A stretch of DNA of 64,000 nucleotides from an uncultured Planctomycetaceae bacterium (lineage in GTDB: Bacteria > Planctomycetota > Planctomycetia > Isosphaerales > Isosphaeraceae), in the NCBI GenBank assembly GCA_963826905.1, contig CAWGZA010000003.1:282769-346768 (forward strand), in the 5' to 3' direction. Under the pieces are notes generated by a model. That model was not told the origin of the DNA and ran no database searches. It worked only from the letters and a program-made list of their open reading frames with translations. The translations under genes were made by a program, and so were the position numbers. Shown here piece after piece: positions 61,240 through 64,000 of the stretch (position 1 is its first letter; each line of letters opens with the position of its first letter).

Positions 61240-64000
61240 GTGAAACTTGTGCAGCTGTTGTTGAGTCTCTGGCTGGGCCTGCTCTGCATGGCGTCGGTGC
61301 CGCCGACGCGAGGGGATGCTCCGCGCACCGGTCGTGAGGTCGATTTCAACGAGCAGGTGCGACCGATTCTCGCGCGGCATTGTTTCAAATGCCACGGGCC
61401 GGACGAGAAGGCTCGGAAGGCGCGGTTGCGGCTGGACGCGGGGGACGAGGCGTTGAAGCCCGCCAGCTCGGGCGAGCGTCCCATCGTGCCGGGCCATCCC
61501 GATGAGAGTGAGCTGGTGCGGCGAATCTTCGCGGAGGAGCCGGCAAGACCAGATGCCGCCACCAGAAGCCAAGCTGCCGCTCGCGGATGGCGACCGGCAG
61601 GTTCTCAAACAATGGGTGGCCCAGGGAGCGAAGTATGAACCGCACTGGGCGTTTCGCAAACCTGTGCGGCCCGCGATGCCGGTAGTGCACGACCCGACCT
61701 GGGTACGTAACCCGATCGACGCCTTCGTGCTCGCTCGCCTGGAGGCGGCGGGATTGCGGCCCTTCACCCGAGGCCGATCGAGCCACCCTGCTGCGACGGG
61801 TTTCGCTCGATCTGGTGGGGCTGCCCCCTACACCAGAGGAAGTCGACGCGTTTCTCGCGGACCGGGCAGCCGACGCTTACGAAAAGCGGATCGACCGGCT
61901 GCTTGCTTCACCGCACTATGGCGAGCGATGGGCGCGGCGCTGGCTGGATCTGGCCCGCTATGCCGATACCAACGGCTACGAGAAAGATCGTCCGCGCTCG
62001 ATCTGGCCCTATCGCGACTGGGTGATTCGTGCACTCAACGCCGACATGCCTTTTGATCGGTTCACGATCGAGCAGCTCGCCGGCGACATGCGAGAGAGGC
62101 GCGGGGCTCGAGCAAAGAGTCGCTACCGGATTCCACCGCAACACGATGCTGAATGAAGAAGGAGGCATCGACCCGCTGGAATTCCGCTTTTACGCGATGA
62201 ACGATCGGGTCGCGACCACGGCGACCGTCTGGCTAGGGCTGACGCTTGGCTGCGCCCAGTGCCATACGCACAAGTTCGACCCGATTCCGCAGCGCGAGTA
62301 TTACCAGTTCATGGCGCTCTTGAATAACGCCGACGAGCCCGAAATCGCAGTACCTACTCCCGCGACGACGCGGCGCCGGCAGCGAGCTCGAAGCGCGAAT
62401 CGCCGTCCTGACCGCCGACCTCCCGAATCAGTTTCCGATCGACGGTAAGGTTGCAGCTCGCGATGCAAAGACTACGGCCAGCAACCGGCGGCAGCACCTC
62501 GAGCGGCGGTTCCAGGAGTGGCTTGCCCGTGCCTCCGCCGAGGCAGTGCGCTGGACGGTGCTAGAGCCGGTCCGGGCCGTTTCAAACCGGCCGCATCTGG
62601 TCATCGAGCCCGACGGTTCGATTCTTGCCAGCGGCGACCAGAGCAAGCGCGACCTTTACACCGTGCAGTTCGGCACCGGCTTTCGGGGCATCACGGCGAT
62701 TCGCCTGGAGACTCTGCCCGACGACTCGCTGCCTGCTGGCGGACCGGGACGCGTCTATTACGAGGGAACGCCTGGCGACTTCTTCCTGAGCGAGCTCCGC
62801 GTGACGGCTGACGGGAAGCCCCTGGCAATCAAGGAGGCCAGCTCGAGCAACTCGAAAGATCACAAGGCCGCCGCGGCCGCCATCGACGGCGATCCGCAGA
62901 CCGGCTGGACTATCCGGCGGCGGTGAATCTCGCGAGCCAAGGGCCGTGTTTCGCCTTGCCGCCCCGCTTGCCGGCGCCGCGCGAGGTCACGATCGAACTC
63001 CTCTTCGAGCGCTACCACGCGGCCGGCCTCGGCCGGTTCCGGATCTCGGCGACAACGGACCCCCGGCCGATCGCGGCCAACGAGATCCCCAACGAGATCG
63101 AATCGCTGCTGCTCCTCGACCCGGAGCGCAAGAAAACCGATCGAGGTCGAACGGTTGCGCCAATATTTTCTGACGATTGCGCCGGAGCTCGCCCAGGCGC
63201 GAGCGGCAATCGAGCTGCTCGAAAAACAGAGGCCGCGGCATCCCACTACGCTCGTCATGAAGGAGCGGCCGCCGGAGAATCCGCGGCCGACGTTCGTGCA
63301 CCGACGCGGCGAGTTTCTCCAGCCGGCCGAGCGCGTCGAACCGGCCATGCTTTCGATGCTCGCGACCGATGCCGGCCGAGTCTCCGCACGACCGGCTTGC
63401 CCTGGCTCGCTGGCTCGTTTCGGGCTCCAATCCCCTGACGGGCCGGGTCACGATGAACCGGCAGTGGGCTGCCTTCTTCGGCCGCGGGCTGGTGCGGACA
63501 GTCGAGGATTTCGGCTACCAGGGCGAGCGCCCGACTCATCCCGAACTGCTCGACTGGCTGGCCTGGAACTGGTCGAGAGCGGGTGGTCGATGAAGGCGAT
63601 GCACCGTCTGATCGTCACGAGCGCGACCTACCGGCAGTCGTCGCGGGTCACGCCCGAGCTGCTGGCGAGGGACCGCGAGAACCGGCTGCTTGCCCGCGGT
63701 CCGCGGGTGCGGCTCGAGGCCGAAGTCATCCGCGACTCGGTGTTGCGGCGAGCGGGCTGCTCTGCGAGCGGATCGGCGGCCCGAGCGTCTTTCCGCCCCA
63801 GCCGCCGGGCGTCACGACCGAAGGAACCTACGGCGGCCTGGCGTGGAATGTCAGTCCAGGGGCGATCGTTATCGGCGCGGTCTGTACACATTCACCAAGC
63901 GTACCGCGCCCTTCGCGATGTTCACGACTTTCGACGCACCTAGCGGCGAGGTCTGCGTGGCGCGGCGCGACGTTTCCAACTCGCCGCTCCAGGCGCTCAC
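61240..64000 (+). CDS. PSCyt1/PSCyt2/PSD1 (DUF1549/DUF1553-type Planctomycete cytochrome-c-domain) protein, at least 6 frameshifts; continues past the window end
   Basis: GTG start with signal peptide [22 protein letters not shown]; CFKCHGP heme-binding motif; ...[20 protein letters not shown]...[24 protein letters not shown] (DUF1549); [13 protein letters not shown] (DUF1553), read across successive frames. Confidence 0.8.

Noticed and set aside
1-64000. Mobile elements, integrases, transposases, tRNA/rRNA genes
   Set aside because: No transposase or integrase signatures (DDE, tyrosine-recombinase R..HxxR..Y) and no tRNA-like T-loop and acceptor structures were found on reading both strands. 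The absence of tRNA cannot be fully excluded without tRNAscan.

Overview
This is a 64 kb window of high-GC (about 65%) bacterial chromosome, almost certainly Planctomycetota. The signature families are a DUF1559 pseudopilin-like protein with a prepilin N-terminus, a PSCyt/PSD1 protein, DUF1570, a secreted LRR protein and a membrane Ser/Thr kinase with TPR repeats. I found no rRNA, tRNA, CRISPR array, transposase or integrase. Gene content from left to right: a glycoside-hydrolase-like cluster (1-7.8 kb); a thiS-thiG fusion; a dinG-like helicase; a K+ channel; an ADP-ribosylglycohydrolase; a small lower-GC islet (13.9-15.6 kb) with an orphan ORF, a stand-alone receiver domain, a tandem repeat and a Uma2 endonuclease; hisF; a pilT and TM-anchored pilB/gspE-like ATPase pair; cvpA; a DUF1570 HExxH protein; rpsR; a Tat-exported Gfo/Idh/MocA oxidoreductase and sugar-phosphate isomerase pair; dodecin; a CsrA homolog with a long C-terminal tail next to a possible FliW-like partner; flotillin; a CYTH protein; DAHP synthase; a HEPN/MNT toxin-antitoxin pair; lpxB; an aldo-keto reductase; a metallophosphoesterase; a sigma-54 activator; dgoK; a LexA-like S24 repressor; a complete suf operon (sufR-sufC-sufB-sufD-rhodanese-sufE-Rieske-sufT) that lacks sufS. 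The best candidate for a new system is at 59.0-61.1 kb: a 52-aa peptide with a canonical double-glycine leader (LSAEDLRRISGG) and a 14-aa Ser/Thr/Pro/His-rich core, preceded by a perfect palindrome and followed by an HlyD-family export adaptor, next to the receptor-like Ser/Thr kinase. Important caveat: at least 15 otherwise recognisable genes carry single-base frameshifts, at least one inside a poly-G run. I therefore treat most of them as sequencing or assembly indels, not as true pseudogenes. Start coordinates are approximate.
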